NCBI GenBank assembly: GCA_965140415.1
Contig: OZ223209.1
Coordinates: 1,504,001 to 1,568,000, forward strand
Length of the DNA: 64,000 bases
Direction: 5' to 3'
DNA from: Myxococcota bacterium
GTDB lineage: Bacteria > Myxococcota_A > SURF-8
Shown: positions 26,765-37,496 of the stretch, piece by piece
Position numbering within the stretch: the stretch's first letter is position 1
Layout of the letters: every line of letters starts with the position of its first letter
Made by a program: the position numbers and the translations under genes
The notes under the pieces: generated by a model
What the model was told of the DNA's origin: nothing
Databases searched by the model: none
Seen by the model: only the letters and a program-made list of their open reading frames with translations

Positions 26765-29572
26765 GTGGGAGAAATGACCTCTGAAAACGCTACAAAAAAA
26801 GCGTGCTCCAGATCGACAAAAGGACAAGAGCACTCCGGTGAATTTTCCAAGCTTGTGGCCAGCTTACTGGAAACGGCTGGATTTATTTACTATTCTATCG
26901 ATTCCAAAGGCAAACTTACTCTATCGGACGAAAAGATTTTCAAACCTCGTCAAGATGAAAAAGAGGTGTTATTTAAGGATCTCCATGTCTTCCCTCCCGA
27001 TTTTCAACATGTGATAAGCCATCAGCGTTCTCAGCAAATCATACAGGTCTATTCCTTACTAAACACCAATATAGGTAGAGGCTGGTTTCGTAATTTGATC
27101 CATTCCAGTGAGAACAATCTTATCGAAGGTCTTCTCACCGATGTAACGGAAGACTTTGAAAAGAACCATCAAGCTTTTCTTATCACGCGTGAAATTGAGA
27201 CAGAAAACGGAAAAGAAGAGCTGAAAGTCGTGTACTCCAATCAAAAAGCAAGGAAACTGCTGGGATTGCGGGTAGGTCCTTTTAACGAGCTTTCTCCATG
27301 GGATTTGGTTGTGGAAGAGGACAATGAATCTTTACAAACGAACTACCAAAAATTTCTTAAAAGTAAAACCAAGACGGATTCCCCCCAAGCTGATTTCTTA
27401 CGGCCATGGCGAAGCCGCGCAGTAAACAAGAGGATTTCAATCGAATTCCAAAAATGGGATTATATGCCTGCTGGAACTAAATGGCTAATCAACGATGCAA
27501 CAGATCAGGCCAAGGCCCAGCAAGAAGTCGAAATGCTGGCGGATAGTTTAAGCCAAATGACGGATGGTGTTTGTATCTATAACATGAAAGAAAAAAATAT
27601 CGACTGGGCTAATCATCGCTTCAGAGAGATTTTTGCAATAGGACAAAACCACCCCTTGCCCAAAATCCTAGAACTTTTCCCTGAAGAAGCAAAGTCTTTA
27701 ATCAACGAGAAAATTCGTATTAGAAAACAAAATGTAATGGAGTATGATTATTATGAGATTAAAGCCCAAAAATTAGATCGCAATAAAACGCCATTCTACA
27801 TAGAAATTAGCTCAACGAGAAAAGCAAACACTAATCAAGCAATTTTCTCCGTTCGGGATGTAACGCATAAAAAACTAGTGGATCGCATTGATAGCAATTT
27901 GGATGATATTGAAAAGACGTATGACAATATTTTTAATGCCATAGATCATTTGCTTCAATCTCGCCTAATGCTTTTATATTACTTCAACGAAGACAACAAT
28001 ACGCTTTGCCTTAGGAAATCCAAATATCTGGATCTGAAATACTATGAGGATATTGATAACCTATACTTCAAACCTACCAAGGAAGAAATTCAGCTTATTG
28101 ATGAACTTGCGGATAATACTAAGACAAAACATTGCAATTTTTCTGAATATCCATCACAAAAACCATTTGAACCATTCACTAGGAACTACCTCAACAAAAA
28201 AAGTCACTCTCTTGTTGTGTTTCCCATTCGCATAGGAAAAGAAACCGTAGGTGCACTTTATACCATCACAGATTTACAACCGAGTCAAAATCCAGAAATA
28301 AGCTTCCGTTTGGAGCAACTTGTTTCAATCAGTTCGCGTGCCATTGAAAATGCGTTGACCATACGAACCAATTTGGTCCGCGATCAGATTGTGCAAGATA
28401 TTGTATACAGGGAGGGAATGGAGTCGGATGAATTCTTCAAGAAATTAGTGAATAGTGTTAATAAGCAAATCAATGCTGGAGCTGTAACGATATTTACAGA
28501 AGATGGGGACTGGTGTCTCCATTTCAAAGCGAGTACAGTAAGTGTGATAGGCAATGCATCCTACTCTTTCGGAGTTGGAATTACCGGACTTATTGCAGAT
28601 CAGAGAAAACCAATCACGGTCCCCGATTTAAGAAAAGATGGTCGAGTCAAAGGCAATGTTAACGAATTCTCCCCGATTAATACCATCTCATTTTTAGGTG
28701 TTCCGATTAGGTCAGAAACGAGAGATGTTATTGGTGTACTTCGCTGTGTGAATAATTATTTGCACGTCGATGGGTATCCTAAGCCCGTGGTCTGTTTCGG
28801 TTTTGAAGAGATTTATATACTTAAATCCATCGCTGATGGTATCCGATCGTTTATTGTTACCTATAGGGCAGAACAACTTAGACGTCGTGCGTACTTACTA
28901 ACCTCTCACGAGTTTGCCGCTCCCCCAATTCAAATCTTGAATGCAAAACGCGCACTGCAAGTCAATATGCAAACCAGTAAGGGAAGTGTTGAAGACAACC
29001 TTGCACTTCTTGATGATATTGATGCATTGGCCAATTATGTGATCTCGATTTCAGATGGTCTTAAAATACTTCGACAAGATCCTTCCGTTTTAGCGGATTC
29101 GCGATGCTACCTTCATGAAGACATTTTTGAGCCTGCTGTACGAGTGGTAAAAAAAATGTATGAAAGTCATAAGCCTAGAATCAGTGTCGCTCAGCACCCG
29201 GAAAGGGTATATTCTTTAAACAAAGGTCAAATGATAGCAGCAGTAACAAATCTCATAATAAATGGGATCAAGTACAAGAAACCGAATGAAGAGCAAGCGA
29301 GGATATTTATCGACTACTATTTGTCTGAAGATAGAAGGTTGTACATACGGTTCACCGACTATGGAGTTGGAATTGAGCCGAAAGAAAACGACAAAATCTT
29401 CGACATGGAATTTAGAAACACAAAAACATCAAAAACAGTAATGGGAAGCGGGCTTGGATTATCCGTTGTAAAGGCTGTCTTCAAAGCTCACGGTGGTGAT
29501 ATCGAAGTGATTCAGTTTAAAGACCCAACTATTTTTCGCGGATATATTCCTGCGGAACGTTTTGTTAGCTAA
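26765..29572 (+). CDS. Soluble PAS/GAF sensor histidine kinase, AT-rich
   Basis: PAS-like WANHRF..IF, GAF (SFLGVPI...VIGVLRCVN), H-box SHEFAAP, N-box NLIINGIKY, G-boxes DYGVGI and GSGLGL. Start may be ATG 26774. Confidence 0.88.
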   Translation: MGEMTSENATKKACSRSTKGQEHSGEFSKLVASLLETAGFIYYSIDSKGKLTLSDEKIFKPRQDEKEVLFKDLHVFPPDFQHVISHQRSQQIIQVYSLLNTNIGRGWFRNLIHSSENNLIEGLLTDVTEDFEKNHQAFLITREIETENGKEELKVVYSNQKARKLLGLRVGPFNELSPWDLVVEEDNESLQTNYQKFLKSKTKTDSPQADFLRPWRSRAVNKRISIEFQKWDYMPAGTKWLINDATDQAKAQQEVEMLADSLSQMTDGVCIYNMKEKNIDWANHRFREIFAIGQNHPLPKILELFPEEAKSLINEKIRIRKQNVMEYDYYEIKAQKLDRNKTPFYIEISSTRKANTNQAIFSVRDVTHKKLVDRIDSNLDDIEKTYDNIFNAIDHLLQSRLMLLYYFNEDNNTLCLRKSKYLDLKYYEDIDNLYFKPTKEEIQLIDELADNTKTKHCNFSEYPSQKPFEPFTRNYLNKKSHSLVVFPIRIGKETVGALYTITDLQPSQNPEISFRLEQLVSISSRAIENALTIRTNLVRDQIVQDIVYREGMESDEFFKKLVNSVNKQINAGAVTIFTEDGDWCLHFKASTVSVIGNASYSFGVGITGLIADQRKPITVPDLRKDGRVKGNVNEFSPINTISFLGVPIRSETRDVIGVLRCVNNYLHVDGYPKPVVCFGFEEIYILKSIADGIRSFIVTYRAEQLRRRAYLLTSHEFAAPPIQILNAKRALQVNMQTSKGSVEDNLALLDDIDALANYVISISDGLKILRQDPSVLADSRCYLHEDIFEPAVRVVKKMYESHKPRISVAQHPERVYSLNKGQMIAAVTNLIINGIKYKKPNEEQARIFIDYYLSEDRRLYIRFTDYGVGIEPKENDKIFDMEFRNTKTSKTVMGSGLGLSVVKAVFKAHGGDIEVIQFKDPTIFRGYIPAERFVS

Positions 29573-29587
29573 TTATACGGGGAAAAC

Positions 29588-29986
29588 ATGCCAAAGAAAA
29601 TCCTATTCGTAGATGACAATCCTGATCAAATAAAGTACTTCCGCAGGTATTTGGATTCTCAAAACGATTTCAAAACAGAAATTATGGTGAAGATTTCTGA
29701 GTTGTTCAAAATGATCTCCAAGGGAAATCTCGCGGATCTTATCGTATTGGACATTATGATGCCAACGGAAGGGCGTTACGAAAGCGACCCGGCACAAGGT
29801 GGAATTATGACTGGCGTCAAGGTGTATGAGGAACTTCAAGATAAGCAGATTAATATTCCGGTCATGATTTATTCCGTACTGCGCAAGGAAGATGTTCCCA
29901 TGTTGGATGCAAATGTCCCGTATCACTGGAAAAACGACGACTTTGAAGAAATCGAGTATACTATTCGTAAATTATTAAAAGTATAG
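29588..29986 (+). CDS. Single-domain response regulator (receiver)
   Basis: ILFVDD, DLIVLDIMMP, IPVMIYS and conserved Lys. Confidence 0.9.
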   Translation: MPKKILFVDDNPDQIKYFRRYLDSQNDFKTEIMVKISELFKMISKGNLADLIVLDIMMPTEGRYESDPAQGGIMTGVKVYEELQDKQINIPVMIYSVLRKEDVPMLDANVPYHWKNDDFEEIEYTIRKLLKV

Positions 29987-29998
29987 AGGTAATCTGGC

Positions 29999-30721
29999 AT
30001 GAAACAGCACACTGCCTCCAACATTGGAATGGGAGTGCTTTATGCACTAACTATAGCTTGCGCAATTTTAATTTTATATCTTGTATTTATGGAAATTCGC
30101 ATTCAATTTTCTAAAGACCTCGTTTTGTCCGAAAATGGGAAGTTGCTAATCGTGGTCGATGCTGGTCCCGATACAAAATGTGTAAAATCAAAGCAAGGTC
30201 TTAACCATATTGAAATAAAGAACAACCAGAACTCTTCGGATATCTTGACCCTATTAGGCTTATTTATCGCTGCAATCACATTGACCGCAGCTATACGATT
30301 TTTCTCGTTTGTCAAAGAAACCGACAGCCTCAGTCAGAAACTGGAAGAAAAAATTAAGGAGCATGCAAAGCTTATAAATAGTTTTGACGAATTCCGAAAA
30401 CTCAACATATTCCAGACCGATATTTTACTTCAACTTACTAATGAAATGTACGGTCTAACTAAATTAAGCGGTATTAAAAACGAAAATCTTAAAAACACAC
30501 TGACTGGTATTGCCTTGCAGTTTTTCAGGCTCATTGTAGATAGAGCCGACTTTCGCCGCCTTAATGAATTTCATTACCTACTTCCTCAATACAAAGATCA
30601 ATTTAAAGGTGATAATAAAATTTATAATGGCTTGGCAAAGATGAAAGCCGACCCGGATTGTCCAGATGATCTTCGCGAGAAATTGAAGTATATCCTGCCG
30701 CTGATCAAGCCTGATCCCTAA
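29999..30721 (+). CDS. Hypothetical membrane protein (2 TM + helical cytoplasmic domain), AT-rich
   Basis: Two hydrophobic segments; 12 bp after the receiver gene, with RBS GAGG. Confidence 0.7.
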   Translation: MKQHTASNIGMGVLYALTIACAILILYLVFMEIRIQFSKDLVLSENGKLLIVVDAGPDTKCVKSKQGLNHIEIKNNQNSSDILTLLGLFIAAITLTAAIRFFSFVKETDSLSQKLEEKIKEHAKLINSFDEFRKLNIFQTDILLQLTNEMYGLTKLSGIKNENLKNTLTGIALQFFRLIVDRADFRRLNEFHYLLPQYKDQFKGDNKIYNGLAKMKADPDCPDDLREKLKYILPLIKPDP

Positions 30722-30806
30722 CCTTTTCCTTGACTATCAGAGCGGCTTACCGCAGAGTATAAACAGTGAGTTGCACTACCCTGTCACATGCCGGAAGGAG
30801 GGCGCC

Positions 30807-31334
30807 ATGCAGTGTCAGACCTGTGGACATCCGCAGATGGAAAAAATGCAGTATGAAGGCGTAGAGATCGAAGTCTGTCCGCGCTGCGGAGCGAAATGGC
30901 TGGATAACGGGGAGTTGCAGCGTATCGTCAAACTGCGTGAAGAGCGGTTCGACCAGGCGATCATCGACGAAGTCTCCGAGTTGGCCAAGAAAAGCCGTTC
31001 CATGCCGCCTGCGGAAATTTCGCGCGAGCGCTTCTGTCCCAAGTGCAACGCATCCATGACGCCGGTGAATTACCAGTATTCCTCCAACATCATTATCGAC
31101 CGCTGCCCCAATAACCACGGTGTGTGGCTGGACCCAGAAGAGCTGGAGAAAATTCAGGCGTACGGCGAACACTGGATGGACGAAGTCCAGCAGAATAAGG
31201 GCAAGTACACCGATATGGCTCGCCAGATCAAAGTCGAATACGATATGAAATATCAGAAGGAAGACAACGTCAAGGTTTCCCATTTCGACTTCGTCAACAA
31301 ACTGATCAACGGTATCATCAAGCTCGATTTCTAG
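30807..31334 (+). CDS. Double zf-TFIIB zinc-ribbon protein
   Basis: CQTC..VEIEVCPRCGAKWLDNGEL and CPKC..IDRCPNNHGVWLDPEEL; RBS AGGAGG before ATG 30807. Confidence 0.85.
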   Translation: MQCQTCGHPQMEKMQYEGVEIEVCPRCGAKWLDNGELQRIVKLREERFDQAIIDEVSELAKKSRSMPPAEISRERFCPKCNASMTPVNYQYSSNIIIDRCPNNHGVWLDPEELEKIQAYGEHWMDEVQQNKGKYTDMARQIKVEYDMKYQKEDNVKVSHFDFVNKLINGIIKLDF

Positions 31335-31407
31335 CCTTGTTCCTTGCCGATCCTGTCGGTGAAATAGGGAGAAATCCGGGCGAAACCGTGTCATTCGAGG
31401 TAAGCAG

Positions 31408-32445
31408 ATGAACCGCATTGTGGAGTGTGTGCCGAACTTCTCGGAGGGGCGCAACCGGGAGGTCATCGACGCCATTGCTGCCGTCGTGCGCGCAGTGGAT
31501 GGCGTACGCCTGTTGAACATCGAACCGGACGGCGACTACAATCGTTCGGTTTTCACCTTTATAGGAGAACCTCAGGCGGTCGTTTTAGCCGCCTATAAAG
31601 CGACGGAGAAGGCGGCGCCACTTATCGACATGCGCACGCATAACGGGGGGCACCCGCGCATGGGAGCCACCGACGTTGTTCCCTTCATTCCGGTTTCCGG
31701 CGTAACGATGCAGGATTGCATAGAATGCGCGCGCGAATACGGGCGACGCGTTGCAGCCGAACTGAACATTCCGATTTATCTATACGAGCGGGCCGCCTCG
31801 CGCCCGGAACGTCATAATCTGGCCGACGTGCGTAAGGGGCAGTACGAGGGACTGGTGGAGAAACTGCAAGATCCCGACTGGGCACCCGACTTCGGACCAG
31901 CGCAATTCAACGCCCGCAGCGGGTTGACGATTACCGGCGCACGCCCGTTTCTGATCGCCTACAATGTGAGCCTGAATACAACGGATGTGACGATTGCCAA
32001 CGAAATCGCGTTAATGCTGCGTGAAAGCGGAAGAATCAAACGCGATACCCAAGGCAACAAAGTCATCGGCCCGGACGGAAAGCCGGAACGGATCGCCGGG
32101 CGGCTGAAAAACGTCAAAGGGTTGGGAGTGGCGCTGCCGGAACAGGGCATCGTGCAGGTCTCCATGAACCTGACCGACTTCACCGTTACGCCGCCGCATG
32201 TGGCCATCGAAGAATGCCGAAAAGAAGCCGAACGGCTGGGAGTGCGCGTCACAGGCTCGGAAGTGGTCGGCCTGATTCCCAAAGAGGCTCTGCTATTGGC
32301 TGGCCGGTATTATTGCGAACGGAACGGCGACGATTCCAGCGCATTCGAAGCGACCCTGTTGGAAGCGGGAGTGGCTGGACTCGGGCTGCACGATCTGTAT
32401 CCGTTCGTTTTAAAGGAAAAAGTCATCGAATTGATGATCGACTAA
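31408..32445 (+). CDS. ftcD: Glutamate formimidoyltransferase
   Basis: VECVPNFSEGR, HPRMGATDVVPFIP, GARPFLIAYN, QVSMNL. Confidence 0.95.
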   Translation: MNRIVECVPNFSEGRNREVIDAIAAVVRAVDGVRLLNIEPDGDYNRSVFTFIGEPQAVVLAAYKATEKAAPLIDMRTHNGGHPRMGATDVVPFIPVSGVTMQDCIECAREYGRRVAAELNIPIYLYERAASRPERHNLADVRKGQYEGLVEKLQDPDWAPDFGPAQFNARSGLTITGARPFLIAYNVSLNTTDVTIANEIALMLRESGRIKRDTQGNKVIGPDGKPERIAGRLKNVKGLGVALPEQGIVQVSMNLTDFTVTPPHVAIEECRKEAERLGVRVTGSEVVGLIPKEALLLAGRYYCERNGDDSSAFEATLLEAGVAGLGLHDLYPFVLKEKVIELMID

Positions 32446-32468
32446 ATTCGACCCTGAAGGAGAGCGCC

Positions 32469-33086
32469 ATGTTGATCGATCAGAAAGTAACCGCGTTTCT
32501 TCAAACTCTTGGTGCCGGTACGGCGGCTCCTGGTGGAGGTTCCGCCTCTGCACTGTCCGGTGCGATGGCTGCGTCACTGGCGGCGATGGTCGCCGGATTG
32601 ACGATCAACAAGAAAGGGTATGAGAGCGTCTGGGAAGAAATGACTGGCATCCAACAGCAGGCGCGCGAACTTTCCCTTCTGTTGTCCGAACTGGTCGACC
32701 GTGATGCCGCTGCGTTTAATGAAGTCATGGCTGCTTTCAAACTGCCCAAAGGCAGCGACGATGAAAAGGCGACGCGCTCCAAGGCCATCCAGGAAGCTAC
32801 TCTGCATGCCGCCCGCGTTCCGCTGGAAACCATGCAAGCCACACAAAAGGCGAGCACCTTATTATTGGCGGTGGCCGAGCGCGGCAACCGCAACAGCGAA
32901 ACCGATGTTGCCGTAGGCGCTTTATTGGCGCAGGCGGGCTGCGAAGGAGCGTATCGTAACGTAGAGATCAACCTGAGCAGCATCAAAGACAAAACCGCAG
33001 CAGAAAAACTGCAAACAGAAGCGGAACGGCTGCTGGCAGAAGTCAAGGCTACGGCGGAAAAGATCCGGCAGCGCTTTTTCGGCTAA
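32469..33086 (+). CDS. Formiminotetrahydrofolate cyclodeaminase (FTCD_C / cyclodeaminase-cyclohydrolase family)
   Basis: APGGGSASAL, D.DAAAFN.VM.AFKLPK, GN.NS.TDV, NVEINL. True start ATG 32469 after AAGGAG (the track starts at 32214). Confidence 0.92.
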   Translation: MLIDQKVTAFLQTLGAGTAAPGGGSASALSGAMAASLAAMVAGLTINKKGYESVWEEMTGIQQQARELSLLLSELVDRDAAAFNEVMAAFKLPKGSDDEKATRSKAIQEATLHAARVPLETMQATQKASTLLLAVAERGNRNSETDVAVGALLAQAGCEGAYRNVEINLSSIKDKTAAEKLQTEAERLLAEVKATAEKIRQRFFG

Positions 33087-33476
33087 TTCACGTCACTGCT
33101 TCGAATCCTTACTCGCAATATGAAAAGTCCTGATCCTGTTACTTCGTTCTAGACATAAAACCATGTGATTTCGCTGATTCGAAAACTCGAAATTTCGGAG
33201 GGGGAGGCAACGTTTTGTTATGTTTTCTATTTCAATTGTCTTTTAGGAATAGCATCGGAAATTCGGGTTCTTAGAAGATGGAAATATTACATTGGTGTAA
33301 ATCGATCTAATGACTTGAGCAGCTTTGTCTAGCATTTATTGGTTGCGTTGCGATATACTGGATTGGGAATTGGAAACATCTATTATTTCATAAGAAGAGG
33401 GAAACGACTGTTTCAGCATTATACTCGAAACGGTTTTCCACAACAGAAGCGAAACGGCGTTTAGGGAATAGATTGC

Positions 33477-36400
33477 ATGGCTTATAGTCCAAAAATCGAG
33501 ACCGAACTTGCCAAAGAGCTTCAAGCTGCCAGAAAACGGATCTCCGAATTGGAGCAGTTTCTTGCATCGCAGTCTGTTGAACAAAGCGACGAAACCATCT
33601 CGCGATTGAGCGACACAGACCAAATACGATCAGAGTTGGAAACACAGAACCGTTTCATCACTCAGATTGCCGATACCAGTCCGGTCGGTATCACACGAGT
33701 CAACAAACATGGTGAAATTACATTCGCCAACCGAAGAGCAGAGGAAATATTCGGGCTTTCCAAAACGGATATTGAGTCGAGAACATACAAAGATCCGGAA
33801 TGGAAGATTACGGATTTCAACGGAAATGCGTTTCCAGAAGAGAACCTTCCTTTCGTTATAGCCAGGAAAACGGGAAAACCGATTTTCGGTGTTCAGCATG
33901 CCATCGAATGGCCCGATGGCAAACGGGTTCTGCTTTCCATCAACGTAACGCCACTGTTTGATCGTGATAATGAATTTGATGGCATCATTTCAACGATCGA
34001 GGATATTACCGCACGAACGCAAACAGAAAACGAGTTAAGAGGAAAAGACAAATACTTCAGGGCATTGATCGAAAACGTCAGCGACGTGATCTCGATTCTC
34101 GATGCAGGGGGGAACGTTGTCTACGAAAGTCCGTCCCATAAAGTCGTTTTAGGTTATGAGACCGGTGAATTGATAGGACAAAACATCTTTTCCTACGTGC
34201 ATGAAGAAGACCGGGAACGCATTATGCTGGAGTTTGCCAGCCACATGCAAGAACCGGGGGATATCGCTCCGGTTTCGTTCCGGTTTCTGCGCAAAGACGG
34301 GCGATGGATCAACCTGGAAGGAACCGGCCACAACCTGCTTCACGATCCTGTAATTAACGGAATCATCGTTAACTATCGAGATGTTACTGAGCGCATACGA
34401 ATTGCAGATTCTCTCAATAAAAGCGAAGAATGGCTGAAAAGTATCCTGACTTCGGTTCCGGCTGGTGTCGGTGTCTTGAAAGACCGTGTTCTTATGGAAG
34501 TCAACAAGGTCGCATGCGAGATGGTCGGGTATACGCGGGATGATCTGATTGGGGAAAGCGCTCGCATATTCTTTCCCAGCGAGGAAGAATATCAACACGT
34601 TGACCAAGAAGAGTATCGTCAAATCGAAGAGTACGGAACAGGACAGGTCGAAACCCGATGGCAGCGAAAAGATGGCGGGATTATCGACATTATCATGAGT
34701 TCAACTCCTATCGATTCATCCGACCTGGAAAAAGGTGTGACTTTTAGCGCAATCGACATTACACAACGAAAAAATACCGAACGAGCTTTAAGGGAAAACG
34801 AGTATTTTCTAAGGAAAGCTCAGGAAGTGGCTCATCTTGGTTGCTACAGTTTCGATATCCAGAAAAACAAGTGGGTAAGTTCCGACATCCTCGATGACAT
34901 TTTCGGTATCGGTCCAGATTTTCCACGCAATGCCGAAGGTTGGGCCGAAATCATTCACCCCGATCATCGGGATATGATGACCGATTACCTGCATAATTAC
35001 GTCTTGACCGAAGGAAATCTTTTCGACAAGGAATATCTCATTCTTCGTGTGGATACCAGGGAACAACGATGGGTGCACGGCAAAGGCGAGCTGAAATACG
35101 ATTCCAACAATGTCCCTGTGGAAATGATCGGTACGATACAGGACATAACGGAATTGAGACGAGCAAGCGATGTCTTGCGTGAAAGCGAGGAGAAACTTCG
35201 AGAAGCCCAGGAGATGGTGCACCTGGGATATTGGTTCTGGGAAGTTAAGACCGGTAAGGTTCAGTGGTCGGATGAAGTTTATCGTATTTTCGGGTTTGAT
35301 CCCGAAACCTATACCCCTCATATCGATTCGATTATGGAGCTTTCGCCCTGGCCGGGAGAGAACAAGCGCAACCAGGAGTTGATCCAACGAGCCATTAAAA
35401 GCAAAGAGCAGGGACAATATGAACAGCGATTTCTTTTCCCGGATGGGAGTGATGGATACTATGCCTCCACATTCCAGGGTGTTTACGATGCGAAAGGCGA
35501 GTTGACCGCGATCAAGGGGACCGTGCTCGATATTACGGAGCGCAAGAAAACAGAACTGGCGCTAAGTGAAAGCGAAGGGAGATTCAGATCCATTACCGAA
35601 CAATTGTCGGATATGATCTCCCTGACTGATGAAACGGGATTCATTACTTATGTTTCTCCCGTATGCGAAACGATGTTCCGCGTAGATTCTGAAGAGATGG
35701 TCGGTAAGCATTTTATGGAGTATCTCGACGAATCTGCGATACCGATTGCTATTAAAAACTTCCAGGAATCCCTTGAGGGTAATTACCAAATAAGAAACCT
35801 GGAATTGTTGATGAAACGAGGTGATGGCTCCAGGTTCACCGGCGAATTACATGGATCGCCATTCAATTCGGGAAGTGTACAGGGTGTTCTGGTTGTTATT
35901 CGGGATATTACCGAGCGCAAACAGGCTGAACGTGCTTTGCGAGAAAGCGAACAAACCCACCGTTCGCTGCTTAGGAATTTAAATTCCGGTGTGGTCGTTC
36001 ATGGATCGGATACCCGAGTGCTGCTTGCTAACGACGCCGCGTGCAATTTGCTTGGATTGTCCGAAGATCAGATGCGTGGCAAGGAAGTGATTGATCCCGA
36101 GTGGAGATTCGTCAGTGAAGATATGCTGGATTTGCCGCTTGAGCTCTACCCTGTCAATCAAGTGATTTCCACCCAAGCTCCCATCTATAATAAAATTATC
36201 GGAGTTAGACGGACGAATCCGGATGACCTGGCTTGGGGAATCGTCAACGGATTTCCAGTTTTCAATGAGTTGCATGAAATTGAACAGGTCGTAATCAACT
36301 TTATCGACTATACGGAACTGAAAAAGACGCAGGAAGAAAAAGACAAGTTGGAAAACCAGCTTCAGCAATCGCAGAAAATGGAGTCGATCGGTCGCTTGGC

Positions 36401-37496
36401 AGGAGGAGTCGCTCACGACTTCAACAACCTGCTTACCGGTATCACAGGAAATGTTTCCTTGGGTATGCTGGATCTTTCCCCAGACGATCCGCTTTATGAA
36501 ACTCTGGGAGAGATTGAGAAAGCTGCCAAAAGCGCTGCCGGTCTGACACGCCAGCTGCTTGCTTTTTCTCGAAAGCAGATTATCAGCCCGAAAGTGATCA
36601 ATCTGAATGAATTGATAGAAAACATCCGAAAAATGCTGGAGCGTTTGATCGGAGAAGATATTCATCTTCGTATCATCCCTGATCGGAATCTTGGCAGAGT
36701 CAAAGTCGATCCCGGTCAGATCGAGCAGATCATCGTGAATTTATCCGTCAATGCCCGCGATGCCATGCCAGATGGAGGCAAGCTGACAATCGAAACTCAA
36801 AACAAGGTTCTCGACGAACAATACTGTAAAAACCGTCCCAATGTGAACCCGGGAGAGTTCGTGATGCTGGCCATTTCCGATAACGGTGTCGGAATGGATT
36901 CAAATACCCAGCTAAAAATTTTCGATCCTTTTTACACCACCAAAAACGTTGGAGAAGGAACGGGGCTTGGCTTGTCAACCTCTTATGGGATCGTCAAGCA
37001 GCATAACGGGTATATTCAGGTGTATTCGGAATTGGGAAAAGGCACGACGTTTAAAGTATATTTTCCCAAGGTTGAAGATGAAGCGGAAGATATCAAAGAG
37101 AATAGGGTCATCAATGATTTACCGAGGGGGACGGAAACGATACTCGTCGTGGAGGATGAATCCCTCGTTCGCAATATCGCCATAAAAATTCTGAAGAGAC
37201 AAGGTTACAAAGTACTTTGTGCGGACAATGGACCGAATGCTCTTGCGATAGTCGAACAAGAAAAACCCAATATCGACCTCTTGCTCACCGATATGGTTAT
37301 GCCATACATGAACGGTAGAGAGTTGTCGAATCGATTGGCCAAAGCATATCCGGTCATGAAAATCCTGTTCTCCTCTGGTTATACGGAAAATGTTATCGCT
37401 CACCACGGTGTGTTGGATGACGGTGTCAATTTCATCGGAAAACCGTATTCCCCGCAGGAACTGGCAAAAAAAGTCCGGAATGTTCTAGATGAATAG
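33477..37496 (+). CDS. Multi-PAS hybrid sensor histidine kinase/receiver (CckA-like)
   Basis: About seven PAS/PAC repeats ending in DIT, H-box AHDFNNLL, NARDAM, GTGLGL, C-terminal receiver LLLTDMVMP. Confidence 0.93.
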   Translation: MAYSPKIETELAKELQAARKRISELEQFLASQSVEQSDETISRLSDTDQIRSELETQNRFITQIADTSPVGITRVNKHGEITFANRRAEEIFGLSKTDIESRTYKDPEWKITDFNGNAFPEENLPFVIARKTGKPIFGVQHAIEWPDGKRVLLSINVTPLFDRDNEFDGIISTIEDITARTQTENELRGKDKYFRALIENVSDVISILDAGGNVVYESPSHKVVLGYETGELIGQNIFSYVHEEDRERIMLEFASHMQEPGDIAPVSFRFLRKDGRWINLEGTGHNLLHDPVINGIIVNYRDVTERIRIADSLNKSEEWLKSILTSVPAGVGVLKDRVLMEVNKVACEMVGYTRDDLIGESARIFFPSEEEYQHVDQEEYRQIEEYGTGQVETRWQRKDGGIIDIIMSSTPIDSSDLEKGVTFSAIDITQRKNTERALRENEYFLRKAQEVAHLGCYSFDIQKNKWVSSDILDDIFGIGPDFPRNAEGWAEIIHPDHRDMMTDYLHNYVLTEGNLFDKEYLILRVDTREQRWVHGKGELKYDSNNVPVEMIGTIQDITELRRASDVLRESEEKLREAQEMVHLGYWFWEVKTGKVQWSDEVYRIFGFDPETYTPHIDSIMELSPWPGENKRNQELIQRAIKSKEQGQYEQRFLFPDGSDGYYASTFQGVYDAKGELTAIKGTVLDITERKKTELALSESEGRFRSITEQLSDMISLTDETGFITYVSPVCETMFRVDSEEMVGKHFMEYLDESAIPIAIKNFQESLEGNYQIRNLELLMKRGDGSRFTGELHGSPFNSGSVQGVLVVIRDITERKQAERALRESEQTHRSLLRNLNSGVVVHGSDTRVLLANDAACNLLGLSEDQMRGKEVIDPEWRFVSEDMLDLPLELYPVNQVISTQAPIYNKIIGVRRTNPDDLAWGIVNGFPVFNELHEIEQVVINFIDYTELKKTQEEKDKLENQLQQSQKMESIGRLAGGVAHDFNNLLTGITGNVSLGMLDLSPDDPLYETLGEIEKAAKSAAGLTRQLLAFSRKQIISPKVINLNELIENIRKMLERLIGEDIHLRIIPDRNLGRVKVDPGQIEQIIVNLSVNARDAMPDGGKLTIETQNKVLDEQYCKNRPNVNPGEFVMLAISDNGVGMDSNTQLKIFDPFYTTKNVGEGTGLGLSTSYGIVKQHNGYIQVYSELGKGTTFKVYFPKVEDEAEDIKENRVINDLPRGTETILVVEDESLVRNIAIKILKRQGYKVLCADNGPNALAIVEQEKPNIDLLLTDMVMPYMNGRELSNRLAKAYPVMKILFSSGYTENVIAHHGVLDDGVNFIGKPYSPQELAKKVRNVLDE

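Noticed and set aside
26600-30730. Attachment sites or IS ends around the AT-rich islet
   Set aside because: No flanking direct or inverted repeats, tRNA or recombinase found by eye.
33095-33115. TTCGAATCC resembling a tRNA T-loop
   Set aside because: No T-stem, D-arm or acceptor-stem pairing around it.
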